NCBI GenBank assembly: GCA_965263255.1 | Contig: CBDHHA010000008.1 | Location: 3,525,987 to 3,589,986, forward strand | From: Bryobacterales bacterium | GTDB taxonomy: Bacteria > Acidobacteriota > Terriglobia > Bryobacterales > UBA6623 | Direction: 5' to 3' | Length of the DNA stretch: 64,000 bases | In this document: positions 26,888 to 36,538 of the stretch, in pieces | Numbering within the stretch: the first letter of the stretch is position 1 | Layout of the letters: every line of letters begins with the position of its first letter | Notes under the pieces: model-generated | Databases searched by the model: none | Told to the model about the DNA's origin: nothing | Seen by the model: the letters and a program-made list of their open reading frames with translations, nothing else | Program-made: the position numbers and the translations under genes

Positions 26888-28876
26888 TCAGCGCTCCAGC
26901 CACTCGATCACTCCGGAGCTGGAAGCGTCGCCGTCCTCGATCGCCAGGCGATGGGATTGGCCAGCCGCTGCGAACGCGGCACGATACGCGGCATTGGGAA
27001 ACGCTTCGTGGCCGTTGTAGAGCAGAAGGTGATTCTCCGCAAGCAGCGGGGCAAGTGCCCGGAAGTCGCCCGCGCGACGAATTCCCGGAATGAACAGACC
27101 GCTCACGTAGTCGGAGTCCGTGGTCGGGTCGAATCCGTCAAGGTCAGCAGCGACGGACCCGATCCTGCCGTCGATCCCCGCCGCAAGCAGCACCCAAAGG
27201 CCTGCGCGTCCCAGGCCGACCATCCGCACGGGACGCGAGCCGGCCTGACTCCGCAGGAAGGCCGCAGCGGTGAGGATGTCCTGCACCCGATTCGCATCAT
27301 CGCTGCGGTTGAAGACGTGATAGTACCGCTCGCCGCTCCTGCCGGCGCCGGCGATGTCGCGTTCTGCCACGGCCGCGCCGGTCTGGAAGGCGTCGATCAT
27401 CAGCACGGGCACGCCTCGACCGATCAAGGCACGGCCGATCTCGGAGCGCTCCGCAGCGTCGCTGCCGCCGGAGTGAACGAGCAGCACCGGTGCCGTTTTC
27501 GTGGAATCCGCGTTCGAGAACCGCGCGGGCACCCGATCCCCCGCCCCGGCGCGGCCGATGAGAATGTCGGGCCCTTCTCCGTGCTCCATCACGATCTGCT
27601 CGGGATCCGGCACTTCAGCCAAAAGCGCAAGCTCGAGGCGCTCTCGGAAAGAGTTCCGCGCTCGCTGCAGTGACTCCGCGTCGCTGACCGAGAGCGCAAG
27701 CGTCGCGGCCTCGGCTTCGGCGATCCGCTGGCGCACAAGCTCTTCGAATCCCAGAGCCCCCTCGGGCAGAGAGCGTCCCCACAGGTACAGCAGCGAACTC
27801 AGCTGCTCGGGGCGTGATCGACGCTCCTTGAAGTGCGACACCTCCGCATCGCCGAGGATATGCTTGCCGAAGAATTCGTAGACGGCCTCCCTGCTATCCA
27901 AGTGGTAGTTGTGAGGCGAATCGAACTGCCGCCATTCCACGTTGGACTCGGCGTCAAGCAGGCGGTAGACGCTCTCGATCGAGGGATACTCCTCAGTCGG
28001 AACGTTGGCCGTCCAGTCGCCGGTGGCGGAGACCAGCAGCTGGGGCTTGGGCGCGAACAGCGCGGCAATTTCGACGTTGTTGGTGCCGATGCGCAGAAGA
28101 GGGGCGTTCTCGCAGCGCGACCCGCCCTGCATGCGGAAGGAGACCATGTTGACGGGTGCCGAATAGCCGATGCGATCGTCCACCGCACCCAGCAGGAACG
28201 CCTGCGTGGCGCCTCCGGACGCGCCGGTCACGCCAATGCGGCCGGGGTCGACATCCGGCAGCGAAACGAGGTAGTCGACCACCCGGATGCTGTTCCAGAG
28301 CTGGAGGCCGAGGGTGCCGACGAGCCACAGTTCCTCGCGCGGTCCGGCGAAGCCGTGCGGAGCCTGCATCGTGTCGTTCCAACCCACCATGTCGTAAGCG
28401 AAGACGACGTAGCCCTGGCGAGCGAAGCTGATGGCCCTTGCAGGCACGGAATTGATCTCCGAGTTCTCGAACCGGCCGTACTGCCAGTGGCCGTGCGGTG
28501 AGACAACCGCAGGCATTCGACCTTCCTTGCCTACAGGCCGATACAGGTTGCCGCCAAGGAAGTAGCCCGGGTAGGTCTCCAGAAGGACAGCGGTGACGGA
28601 GTAGTCGTCCTGAACGGTCGTCTGGCCGAGGCGGGGATTCAGCGGGTGCTTTCGCGGGAGCGGAAGCAGCCCTGCGGAGAAGAGCACCTGCTTGCGCAGA
28701 AATGCCGCGCGGTCGCGCCACGCGGATCGCGTGTATTCGGGCAGCGAGTAATGCGCGTCGGTGTGGAGGATCCGAGTGTTGCGCAGGTCGGACTCGGGAA
28801 TCTCCGGCCGCGCGACAGCGCAACACAGCAACGCAAGGGACCCAACGGCCAAAGATCTTCGAGCGGTCACAGACAA
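26888..28876 (-). CDS. Secreted alpha/beta-hydrolase-fold protein (acetyl-xylan-esterase-like), two-lobed
   Basis: 662 aa. Signal peptide (LAVGSLALLCCAVA), nucleophile elbow GVTGASGGAT (G-x-S-x-G), and a second alpha/beta-like half (VLLVHSGGSDAAERSEIGRALIGRGVPVLMIDAFQTG). Confidence 0.65.
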   Translation of the reverse strand: MSVTARRSLAVGSLALLCCAVARPEIPESDLRNTRILHTDAHYSLPEYTRSAWRDRAAFLRKQVLFSAGLLPLPRKHPLNPRLGQTTVQDDYSVTAVLLETYPGYFLGGNLYRPVGKEGRMPAVVSPHGHWQYGRFENSEINSVPARAISFARQGYVVFAYDMVGWNDTMQAPHGFAGPREELWLVGTLGLQLWNSIRVVDYLVSLPDVDPGRIGVTGASGGATQAFLLGAVDDRIGYSAPVNMVSFRMQGGSRCENAPLLRIGTNNVEIAALFAPKPQLLVSATGDWTANVPTEEYPSIESVYRLLDAESNVEWRQFDSPHNYHLDSREAVYEFFGKHILGDAEVSHFKERRSRPEQLSSLLYLWGRSLPEGALGFEELVRQRIAEAEAATLALSVSDAESLQRARNSFRERLELALLAEVPDPEQIVMEHGEGPDILIGRAGAGDRVPARFSNADSTKTAPVLLVHSGGSDAAERSEIGRALIGRGVPVLMIDAFQTGAAVAERDIAGAGRSGERYYHVFNRSDDANRVQDILTAAAFLRSQAGSRPVRMVGLGRAGLWVLLAAGIDGRIGSVAADLDGFDPTTDSDYVSGLFIPGIRRAGDFRALAPLLAENHLLLYNGHEAFPNAAYRAAFAAAGQSHRLAIEDGDASSSGVIEWLER

Positions 28877-28947
28877 AGGCTACCAGCAGTGAGTGGGTTG
28901 CGGACTGTCAGTTCCGCAACTGCCGTAGCCGGAACCGAGCCAAGGCG

Positions 28948-29370
28948 CTATCGGATCCAGTGTTTCTCGTGACAGCTCTCGCACGCCTCGATGATCTGGT
29001 TGCCAGCCTCGGCTACGGCGGCAGCATTCTCCGCCTCGGCAGCCTTGAGGGCCTCCTCGCCCGCCTCCACGAGCGCGCGGGACGTGGAAAGCCACACCTC
29101 CGAGTCCCGGGCACGCTGCCTCATCAGGAGCAGATTCCCGGATTCAGCCAAGATGACGGCCTGATTCTTCACAGCGCCCCACGCCTCGTCCGTTTCGGGT
29201 TCGTTCCGTGCCACGTCGAACAGTGCGTTTGATGCGGGAATCAGCATGGCCTGCATGAGCTGGGTGATCGACGCAATGGGCCTGAATGCGACTTCCTGGG
29301 TCGACGAGACACCTACTAGTAGGAGGGCTCCGAGAATTCCAAGAAGTCTCCGCCTAAGTCTGCCTTGCAT
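28948..29370 (-). CDS. Cytochrome c'-like (class II) exported protein, paralogue of 20238..20735
   Basis: 140 aa. Signal peptide (LLGILGALLLVGVSS), helical body, and C-terminal heme motif CESCHEKHW. It shares the ...AESGNLLLM.../...AEAGNLLML... segment with the other copy. Confidence 0.65.
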   Translation of the reverse strand: MQGRLRRRLLGILGALLLVGVSSTQEVAFRPIASITQLMQAMLIPASNALFDVARNEPETDEAWGAVKNQAVILAESGNLLLMRQRARDSEVWLSTSRALVEAGEEALKAAEAENAAAVAEAGNQIIEACESCHEKHWIR

Positions 29371-29537
29371 CGGACTCGTCTACCCGCTCCGGGATCTCGC
29401 CCAGCCCAGATCATAGCCCTTCGGATCCGCAGAATCCCAGTCGGTGCAGGCACTAGCCAGGAGCAGCGGTAGGCCGTGTTAGCCTCGAACTGGAGGCCTG
29501 TCTGAGGGACTCGGGCAGGGTCTCCCACGACACGGCC

Positions 29538-31817
29538 ATGAACTCCCGAGACAAGGCAGCCCTCGACTATCACCGATACCCGCGCCCCGGGAAGATCTCG
29601 ATCGCTCCGACCAAGCCTTCGGACACCCAGATCGATCTCAGCCTGGCGTATTCGCCCGGCGTCGCGGACGCGTGCCTGGAAATCGTTCGCGACCCGCGGA
29701 TGGCGGGGCGCTATACAACCCGCTCGAACCTCGTGGCGGTGGTCTCGAACGGTTCAGCGGTGCTGGGACTGGGCGATATCGGGCCGCTTGCCGGCAAGCC
29801 GGTCATGGAGGGCAAGGCTGTCCTATTCAAGCGCTTCGCCGACATCGACGTCTTCGATCTCGAAGTGGCGACGTCGGATCCGGAAGAGATCGTCAGGGTG
29901 GTGGAACTGCTCGAACCGACATTCGGGGGCGTGAACCTCGAGGACATCAAGGCACCGGAGTGCTTCTTCGTCGAGGAGGAGCTCGAAAAGCGGGTCAGTA
30001 TCCCGGTATTCCACGATGACCAGCACGGCACAGCGATCATCAGCGGTGCGGCCCTGCTGAATGCGATGGAGGTGGCCGGCAAGGATCTCGCCTCGGTCCG
30101 GGTGGTTGTGAACGGAGCGGGAGCGAGCGGCATTGCCTGTGCCGGGCTATACCTAGGCCTGGGCGTTCGCCCGGAGAACCTGTTGCTGCTGGATTCGAGG
30201 GGAGTGATCTACGAGGGCCGCGCTGCGGGGATGAATCAGTACAAGGAGCGCTTCGCCCGCGAAACGAGCCTGCGGACGCTCGAGGAGGCCGTTCGAGGAG
30301 CGGACGTGTTCGTGGGCCTGTCCAAGGCGGATGTGCTGACGCCGGAAATGCTGAAATCTATGGCGGATCGCCCGGTCGTCTTCGCGCTTGCGAATCCTGA
30401 CCCGGAAATCGCGTATGAGCGGGCCCTGGCCACGCGGTCCGACGCGATCGTCGCGACCGGTCGGTCCGACCATCCGAATCAGGTCAATAACGTCCTCTGC
30501 TTCCCGTCGATGTTCCGGGGGGCACTGGACGTCGAGGCAACTTGCATCAACGAAGCGATGAAGCTGGCAGCCGTTCGCTCGCTCGCGGCCCTGGCGAAGG
30601 CCTCGGTCCCCGATTCGGTGAGACGAATCTACACGGCGGAGGAACTGAATTTCGGCCCGCGCTACATCATCCCGAAGCCCTTCGACCCGCGCGTGACGCT
30701 CGAGGTCTCGCATGCGGTCGCGGAGGCGGCAATCGAGAGCGGGGTCGCGAGGAAGGGAATCCTGCTGGATGACTACCGCGAGAGCCTCGCGGTCCGCCTT
30801 GACAGCAGCCAGGAGGTGTTCCAGCTAATACTCGGCCGGGCGAAGGAGGATCCGCGGCGCATTGTGCTTCCCGAGGGGGATCACGAGAAGATTCTGCGGG
30901 CGGCCTCCGTGCTGAGGGAGGAGCGAATCGCCACGCCCGTCCTGCTGGGTGACCCGGACAAGATCCTCGCTCGCGTTGAGGAACTCCGCCTGCCGAGGGA
31001 CGGCTGGGAGATCGTCAACCCGGTAGGATTCCCGCGGATCGGCGAATACGCGGAGGAGGTCTACCAACTGCGGCAGCGCAAGGGCTGCACGCTCGAGGAT
31101 GCGCACGCCATGCTCGAGGACCCGATTGCGTTCGGCGCCGCGATGGTTCGCTTGGGCGATGTCGAGGGCATGGTTGCGGGCATTGATCGCCACTACCCGG
31201 AGACGCTCCGCGTGGCACTGCGGATCGTCGAGCGCAGGAGCGGCGTCAGAAAGGTGTCGGGCCTGTACATGATGATCCGGCAGAGGAAGATCTACCTGCT
31301 GGCGGACACCACGGTCAACATCGACCCCAGTCCGGAGGACCTGGCAGAAATCGCGGTGCTGGCAGCGCGTCGCGCGAGCCGCCTCGGAATCGTCCCGCGC
31401 GTGGCGCTGCTGTCGTTCTCCAACTTCGGGTCCGCGCGCGCCCAGGACTCGGAGAAGGTGCGCCGGGCCGCCGATCTCTGCGCGAAGCTGGACCCGGCAC
31501 TGATCGTGGACGGCGAGATGCAGGCTGACACGGCGCTGGACCCTGCAATGATGCAGGAGTTCTTCCCGTTCTCCAAGCTGCAGGGCGAGGCGAACGTGCT
31601 CGTGTTCCCGAACCTGGCTTCGGCCAACATCGCGTACAAGCTCCTCAAGGAGTTCGCCGGAGCAAGGTCGGTTGGCCCGATCCTGATGGGACTAGACCGA
31701 CCTGTCGCGGTGCTGCAGAAGGGATTCAGCGTGGAGGACGTGATCACGCTGTCGGCGGTCGCCGTCCACGACGCGCAGGAACGTGTACCGGGCGGTCTGG
31801 CGGCACTGGCAGGATGA
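29538..31817 (+). CDS. maeB: NADP-dependent malic enzyme (malic enzyme domain + phosphotransacetylase-like domain)
   Basis: 759 aa. [78 protein letters not shown], and a C-terminal PTA-like domain. Confidence 0.95.
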   Translation: MNSRDKAALDYHRYPRPGKISIAPTKPSDTQIDLSLAYSPGVADACLEIVRDPRMAGRYTTRSNLVAVVSNGSAVLGLGDIGPLAGKPVMEGKAVLFKRFADIDVFDLEVATSDPEEIVRVVELLEPTFGGVNLEDIKAPECFFVEEELEKRVSIPVFHDDQHGTAIISGAALLNAMEVAGKDLASVRVVVNGAGASGIACAGLYLGLGVRPENLLLLDSRGVIYEGRAAGMNQYKERFARETSLRTLEEAVRGADVFVGLSKADVLTPEMLKSMADRPVVFALANPDPEIAYERALATRSDAIVATGRSDHPNQVNNVLCFPSMFRGALDVEATCINEAMKLAAVRSLAALAKASVPDSVRRIYTAEELNFGPRYIIPKPFDPRVTLEVSHAVAEAAIESGVARKGILLDDYRESLAVRLDSSQEVFQLILGRAKEDPRRIVLPEGDHEKILRAASVLREERIATPVLLGDPDKILARVEELRLPRDGWEIVNPVGFPRIGEYAEEVYQLRQRKGCTLEDAHAMLEDPIAFGAAMVRLGDVEGMVAGIDRHYPETLRVALRIVERRSGVRKVSGLYMMIRQRKIYLLADTTVNIDPSPEDLAEIAVLAARRASRLGIVPRVALLSFSNFGSARAQDSEKVRRAADLCAKLDPALIVDGEMQADTALDPAMMQEFFPFSKLQGEANVLVFPNLASANIAYKLLKEFAGARSVGPILMGLDRPVAVLQKGFSVEDVITLSAVAVHDAQERVPGGLAALAG

Positions 31818-32111
31818 CATTCGCGTTAACCGGGCCGATGGCGACCACGCGGCGGAGGCAGCGATCTCAGGGTCGGGGCAACCGGCTGACCGGACGGCCC
31901 GGCGTGACCAACTCCCGGCAGCCTTTCAGAGGTCAGAACCTAGGGGAGCCGTAGTTGTGCCACCGAGGGACAGACCTTCTTCCGAAGGAGGCTGCGATTC
32001 CGTATCGGTCGTCTCCTGGATCCCACGGTGGACGGTGCTTGTCGCGTGCGGGCGAGAGTATGGGAGTCGGCAGCCGAGCAGGTAGGTTGCTAGGGAGACA
32101 TAGGAATCAGC

Positions 32112-32834
32112 ATGGCCTGCAGAAGAATCTATCGTCCGAGGGGCTTCTCGTCGAGTCCGGGTACTCGTGGCGAGCAAGTAGACCTGAGAGTCGCTCGCGC
32201 TGGGGCAACGGCGTCTTGGATCTTGCGTGCCCGACTTGGATCCGCAGCGTGCTCACTTGGCCTATTGCTCTTCTTGCCTATCCCGGCCCTTGCTGCCGTT
32301 TCAGGCGACTGGGAGGCCGTTCGCGCGTTGGATGCCGGGCGGCGTATCCGAGTAGTGCTGAACGAACCGAGCGGCACCGTCTTGGCGGGACGATTCGATT
32401 CTGCGACTGCAGACCAGATCGCAGTGCGCACGAGGGACGGCGGCACACAGACATTCCAAAGGGGCAATGTGCATCAGGTCCGTTTGCGAGTGCCGTACTG
32501 GAGGCGCAAGATTAGTTGGGCGGTGGGCCTCCCCTGCGCGGCCCTCGGAATAGTCGCTGCCAGCATCTCGGACGGGCCCGTCGGTGCTGACGGAACGATG
32601 GGAGACGCGACTGCACAGCGAGTGGCCACACCATTGGTGGCCTTCGGAGTCTGCTATGCCCTATTCGGGGAGGCGGGAAGTACGAGACGCGTGTATACGG
32701 CGGCTCCGGTGCCGGACGCTTCCCAGCCGAAGGGCTCTGGCACCGGAAGCTCTTCGCGGACGAACACTGTGGCTGCCTCTAGACAAGCGGATGCGAGGAA
32801 TGTGGGGGCGGTCAGAAACAGTCCTGGGCGGTAA
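32112..32834 (+). CDS. Hypothetical exported/membrane protein, paralogue 1
   Basis: 240-aa ORF with an uncertain start. Signal-like LGLLLFLPIPALAA, the domain SGDWEAVRALDAGRRIRVVL...GRFDSATADQIAVRTRDGGTQTFQRGNVHQVRLRVP, then hydrophobic segments. Confidence 0.5.
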   Translation: MACRRIYRPRGFSSSPGTRGEQVDLRVARAGATASWILRARLGSAACSLGLLLFLPIPALAAVSGDWEAVRALDAGRRIRVVLNEPSGTVLAGRFDSATADQIAVRTRDGGTQTFQRGNVHQVRLRVPYWRRKISWAVGLPCAALGIVAASISDGPVGADGTMGDATAQRVATPLVAFGVCYALFGEAGSTRRVYTAAPVPDASQPKGSGTGSSSRTNTVAASRQADARNVGAVRNSPGR

Positions 32835-33049
32835 ACGCTTCTTTGTCGCGGCGTGTCAGGCTGGCCAGTCTCCTACGTAGACGCTCCACCTGAGAATCGA
32901 AGCCGGGCTGGGATGGGTCGCCGGGTTAGGCAATACTTCCGGTCAGAACCGACTCGCCGATCAATCGGCAGCAGCAGAGGTGGGAGCACCGCGTCGTCCA
33001 TTGGGTGCACGGTCGTTCGGGACAGCATCAGAGGGTGCACTGAGGGGCC

Positions 33050-33393
33050 GAGGCATGCACATAGCTGGGTCAGGTGCTCAATTTCGGTCACGAGATTCGG
33101 GCTGACACCGCACCCGATTCGGCAATAGTGCAGCAGGCTTTCCGTTCGCCACGCTACATGGCGAGGCAAGCGTGCGTGTAGTTGCGAGTTTCGCCTCGGC
33201 AAACGTCGGGTACAAGCCTCTCAACGAGTTCGCAGGCTCAAGGTCAGCGGGCCCGATCGCGATGGAATTGGACAGATCGGCCGCCATGCGGCAGAACGGC
33301 TTCAGCGTGAAAGCAGCGATCGCCCTTTCGGCGTTCGCCGCTCACAACGCGCAGGAACGGATCCCCGGCGGCTTGGCGGTCGGAACGGATTGA
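33050..33393 (+). pseudogene. Decayed duplicate of the maeB 3' end (remnant)
   Basis: ORF 33172..33393 (..SFASANVGYKPLNEFAGSRSAGPIAMELDRSAAMRQNGFSVKAAIALSAFAAHNAQERIPGGLA) aligns with the maeB C-terminus (..[64 protein letters not shown]). Nucleotide similarity continues upstream to about 33050-33090 but is broken by stops and frame changes. The 5' boundary is approximate. Confidence 0.7.
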
Positions 33394-33508
33394 GAGCGGG
33401 GGCGCGGCGAGGCAGCGCAATCGGGCACAGGTTAGAATCAGACCCAGTCCCGCGGACGGCCAGCCTAGCCCGCGCCCGCAAGACCGCCATGTTGCAGGCT
33501 CCGATGCC

Positions 33509-34108
33509 ATGAAGCGAAACGTAAATTGGTGCGCCGCAGTTCGTAGAGCCTTGGCCTGCCAGCTCGCACTGCTCACTACGTTGTCTCCACTCTTGGCGAC
33601 CGACGCGACCGGCAACTGGGACGCGGTTCGAGAACTGACGCCGGGGCACCGGACCCGAGTGCTTCTCGAGAAGAGCCCGGCGTCCCCGAAGGGTACGGTG
33701 GTGAAGGGGCGATTCGCTTCCGCAACCGAGAATCAAATTACCGTGCTCACCTCGGATGGCAGCACGCGGTCCTTCCGCAAGGATGGAGTGCGCCAGATCC
33801 GGGTCCGGGTACCGTTCTTGAGCCGGAGACCCGCTTGGAGCGCGTGCGCATTCGCTGGCGGCGTCATGAGTCTTATTGCGGCCAGCGGAGCCGGGGACAT
33901 GACCGTCGCCGCCGCCGGTCCCGGTTATTGTGCTCTGTTCTATGGCCTGTTCTCTTCGGCCGGCCGTACGAGGCCCGTATACGACGCCGGGGTGGTCAGT
34001 AAGGGCTCGCCACCTACGAGCGCTGGGTCGGGGGAGCCAGGCAGTGAGGAGCATCAGGGGGGCACTGGGGCAGTGAAGGCACTGGTCGTCGAGGGTAATC
34101 GGAACTAG
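33509..34108 (+). CDS. Hypothetical exported/membrane protein, paralogue 2
   Basis: 199 aa. TGNWDAVRELTPGHRTRVLL...GRFASATENQITVLTSDGSTRSFRKDGVRQIRVRVP aligns with 32112..32834, and the downstream hydrophobic segments are similar. Confidence 0.5.
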   Translation: MKRNVNWCAAVRRALACQLALLTTLSPLLATDATGNWDAVRELTPGHRTRVLLEKSPASPKGTVVKGRFASATENQITVLTSDGSTRSFRKDGVRQIRVRVPFLSRRPAWSACAFAGGVMSLIAASGAGDMTVAAAGPGYCALFYGLFSSAGRTRPVYDAGVVSKGSPPTSAGSGEPGSEEHQGGTGAVKALVVEGNRN

Positions 34109-34229
34109 GTCCGGAGACGGTCGATTTCGAGTTAGGTTGAGCGAACTTGTGTATCGCTCCGGGCCAAGGGGATGCGAAGCTTACCGGCCACGAGAGAATC
34201 GGTCGGCGCTAGGGTCGCGGCATCCAGAG

Positions 34230-34949
34230 TCAGAGTACGGATGCACCAAGCGAGGGACCGTCACTGGCACCACTTGGATCGGCAAGTCTGGCGGTTTTCC
34301 GACTCATCCGCCCTTCCCACTCACCGAGGCATTGCGCCAGATCGGCAGGTTCGTTGACGGAGACGACCGTCAGCCCCGCCTCGACCGCAGAACGGATCCC
34401 CGTCGCCGAATCCTCGAATGCGAGACACTCGCTCGGGACCTTCAGATCGAAGCTCTTTCGAAGCTTGTCAAATGCCAGCCTGTAGGGCAACGGATCGGGC
34501 TTCAGGCGCTCGACGTGATCCCCGCAGATGATGAACTCCATCCGGTCGGCAACTCCCTGCCGCTGCAGAATGGGCACGACATCTGGGATCGTGCTCGATG
34601 ACACGACCCCCATGGGAACACGCCCGTGGTTGCGCCGGATCCAATCGCCGACGTCCGGGTCGATCTCGAGTTCCTCCACCGACCGGGCCCTGTATGCCCG
34701 GTGCTTGCGGCCTCGGCCGTAGTCGAGCGCTTCGGGCGTTACGGGCATGCCCGCCCGGCCCAGGAAGAATTCGCAGGCTCGGGTGTCGCTGATGCCGACG
34801 AGCAGCCGAACGTAGTCGTCCCAGCTAACCGTGACCCCCCATGGTTCCACGGCCTCCAGCCAGGATTCGTGATGGAGGTGCTCGCTGTCGACCAAAGTGC
34901 CGTCGAAGTCGAACAGTACGGCGCGAATGCTGGGGCTAGCAGATCCCAA
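34230..34949 (-). CDS. HAD-superfamily hydrolase (subfamily IA, beta-phosphoglucomutase-like)
   Basis: 239 aa with a TTG start. Motif I is AVLFDFDGTLVDSE. Later motifs are VVSSS and C-terminal AFEDSATGIRSAVEAG. Confidence 0.85.
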   Translation of the reverse strand: MGSASPSIRAVLFDFDGTLVDSEHLHHESWLEAVEPWGVTVSWDDYVRLLVGISDTRACEFFLGRAGMPVTPEALDYGRGRKHRAYRARSVEELEIDPDVGDWIRRNHGRVPMGVVSSSTIPDVVPILQRQGVADRMEFIICGDHVERLKPDPLPYRLAFDKLRKSFDLKVPSECLAFEDSATGIRSAVEAGLTVVSVNEPADLAQCLGEWEGRMSRKTARLADPSGASDGPSLGASVL

Positions 34950-35076
34950 GTGCCAGTGTATCGTCAGACATCGGCACAGCTATAAGGCACCCTCAAGGGC
35001 TGCAGACTGCACCGGCCGGAGACTGCGGACCAGCACCTCGTCCGGGCGGGGCGGTCGGCTATAATCATGCGTCCAA

Positions 35077-36039
35077 GTGATTGGCCCGCTGCGCATCTCG
35101 ACCCTAGCTGCGTTGACCGCGCTGGTGGCATGCGACAGCCCGGAAGGGCCGTTCCCCGCCAAGGAGATCAAGCTCATCGTCCAGGCAGCGCCGGGCGGTA
35201 CGTCCGATACGGTCTCGAGAGTGATGGGCAGCCTAGCCGAAGGCCGGCTCGGCGTGCCAATCGTCTGCGAGAACAAGCCCGGGGCCAGCGGAGCCCTTGC
35301 GTTCTCGTTCGTCTCGCGGCGACCGGCCGACGGATACACCATCGGTCACGCCCCTGTGGAAATCGCAGTGGTCAGATCGCTCGGCTACGCCGACATCGGC
35401 CCGTCAGACGTCTCACTGATCTGCCTTGTCTCGAAGACCGCCCCCGCACTGGTTGTCGGCAGCGAGTCTCCCTGGCGAACCTTCGAAGAGTTCATCGGCG
35501 CAGCGAAGGAGGAACCCGGACGGATCGTCATGGCGAACTCGGGAATCGGCTCGATCTGGCACTTCAACATCCTGCTGATGGAGCAGGGAACGGGAGCGCG
35601 GTTCACGCACCTGCCATACGGAGGCTCGACGCCAGCCCTCGTCTCGGTGATCGGCGGCCACGCTGACGCGGCGGTGGCGGGCGTGGGCGAGGTGGTCTCC
35701 CACGTCCAGGCCGGCAAGCTGCGTGCGCTGGCGGTATTCGACGCCAGCCGTTCCGCCGTACTGGCGGACGTGCCGACGACCCACGAGCTGGGGTATCCGA
35801 TCGGTGCCCCCGCATGGAGCGGATTCTTCGGTCCCGCGGGGATACCGGACGACCGGATCGAGACGCTCGCGGAGGCGTTCCGAGGTGCCTTCGGCACCGA
35901 GGAATGGGCTAGGCTCTGCCTGGAGCGCGGCATGGAGCCGCTCTTCCTAGACAAGGACGAGTTCTCGGACTTCGCATTGCAGCAGCAGGCGTTCTTCGAG
36001 GGCGAGATTCCGAAGCTGGTGCGGTTGGAGTCCCATTAG
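35077..36039 (+). CDS. tctC: Tripartite tricarboxylate transporter substrate-binding protein
   Basis: 320 aa with a GTG start. Lipobox-like LTALVACDS. IKLIVQAAPGGTSDTVSRVM...ENKPGASGALA is typical of the Bug/TctC family. It is followed directly by tctB. Confidence 0.9.
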   Translation: MIGPLRISTLAALTALVACDSPEGPFPAKEIKLIVQAAPGGTSDTVSRVMGSLAEGRLGVPIVCENKPGASGALAFSFVSRRPADGYTIGHAPVEIAVVRSLGYADIGPSDVSLICLVSKTAPALVVGSESPWRTFEEFIGAAKEEPGRIVMANSGIGSIWHFNILLMEQGTGARFTHLPYGGSTPALVSVIGGHADAAVAGVGEVVSHVQAGKLRALAVFDASRSAVLADVPTTHELGYPIGAPAWSGFFGPAGIPDDRIETLAEAFRGAFGTEEWARLCLERGMEPLFLDKDEFSDFALQQQAFFEGEIPKLVRLESH

Positions 36040-36462
36040 ATGCCAAGAACGGCCACCATCACGGGTGCAGCATTCCTGGCTCTGGGTGCCGCGCTGATCG
36101 CCAGCGGCGTGGCCCTGCCGTCGGGAGTCGGCGGATTGCCCGGTGCCGGGTTCTTCCCGCAAGCGATCGGCGCACTGATGGCACTGCTAGCCTGCGCCGT
36201 GCTCGCCAAGAGCCGCTCGGGGGATGGGGACGAGTCGCCTGCACTCTCCAACTTCCGGCAGGTTGCTGGAACGGCGGCCCTCCTGTTCGCATATCTGCTG
36301 CTTTGGGGAACCGGCTTCTTCCTGCCTCGCACGGCGGTGTTCCTTGCATTGACACTGCGATTCCTCGGCCAGGGGTGGCCTGCTGCGGCAGGATACGCAA
36401 CGGCCTTGACAGCCGCAATGTACCTAGCGTTCGACATGGGCTTGAACGTGTCCCTGGAGTAG
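36040..36462 (+). CDS. tctB: Tripartite tricarboxylate transporter small membrane subunit
   Basis: 140 aa with four hydrophobic helices. Its ATG follows the tctC stop with no gap. The call rests on position between tctC and tctA. Confidence 0.75.
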   Translation: MPRTATITGAAFLALGAALIASGVALPSGVGGLPGAGFFPQAIGALMALLACAVLAKSRSGDGDESPALSNFRQVAGTAALLFAYLLLWGTGFFLPRTAVFLALTLRFLGQGWPAAAGYATALTAAMYLAFDMGLNVSLE

Positions 36463-36538
36463 CGTCGTTGGCGGCACCCGAGGCACATCGCAGGCAACCA
36501 GCCGGCCATGATGGCCGGAACATGGCAGAAGGCTCACC

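Noticed and set aside
29311-29322. Perfect 12-bp palindrome CCTACTAGTAGG
   Set aside because: It lies inside the signal-peptide coding region of the cytochrome c'-like gene, it is short, and it has no partner sites. It is most likely coincidental.
35060-35065. TATAAT hexamer 11 nt upstream of the tctC GTG start, as a promoter giving a near-leaderless mRNA
   Set aside because: There is no convincing -35 element 16-18 nt upstream. A single hexamer match is too weak to call without TSS data.
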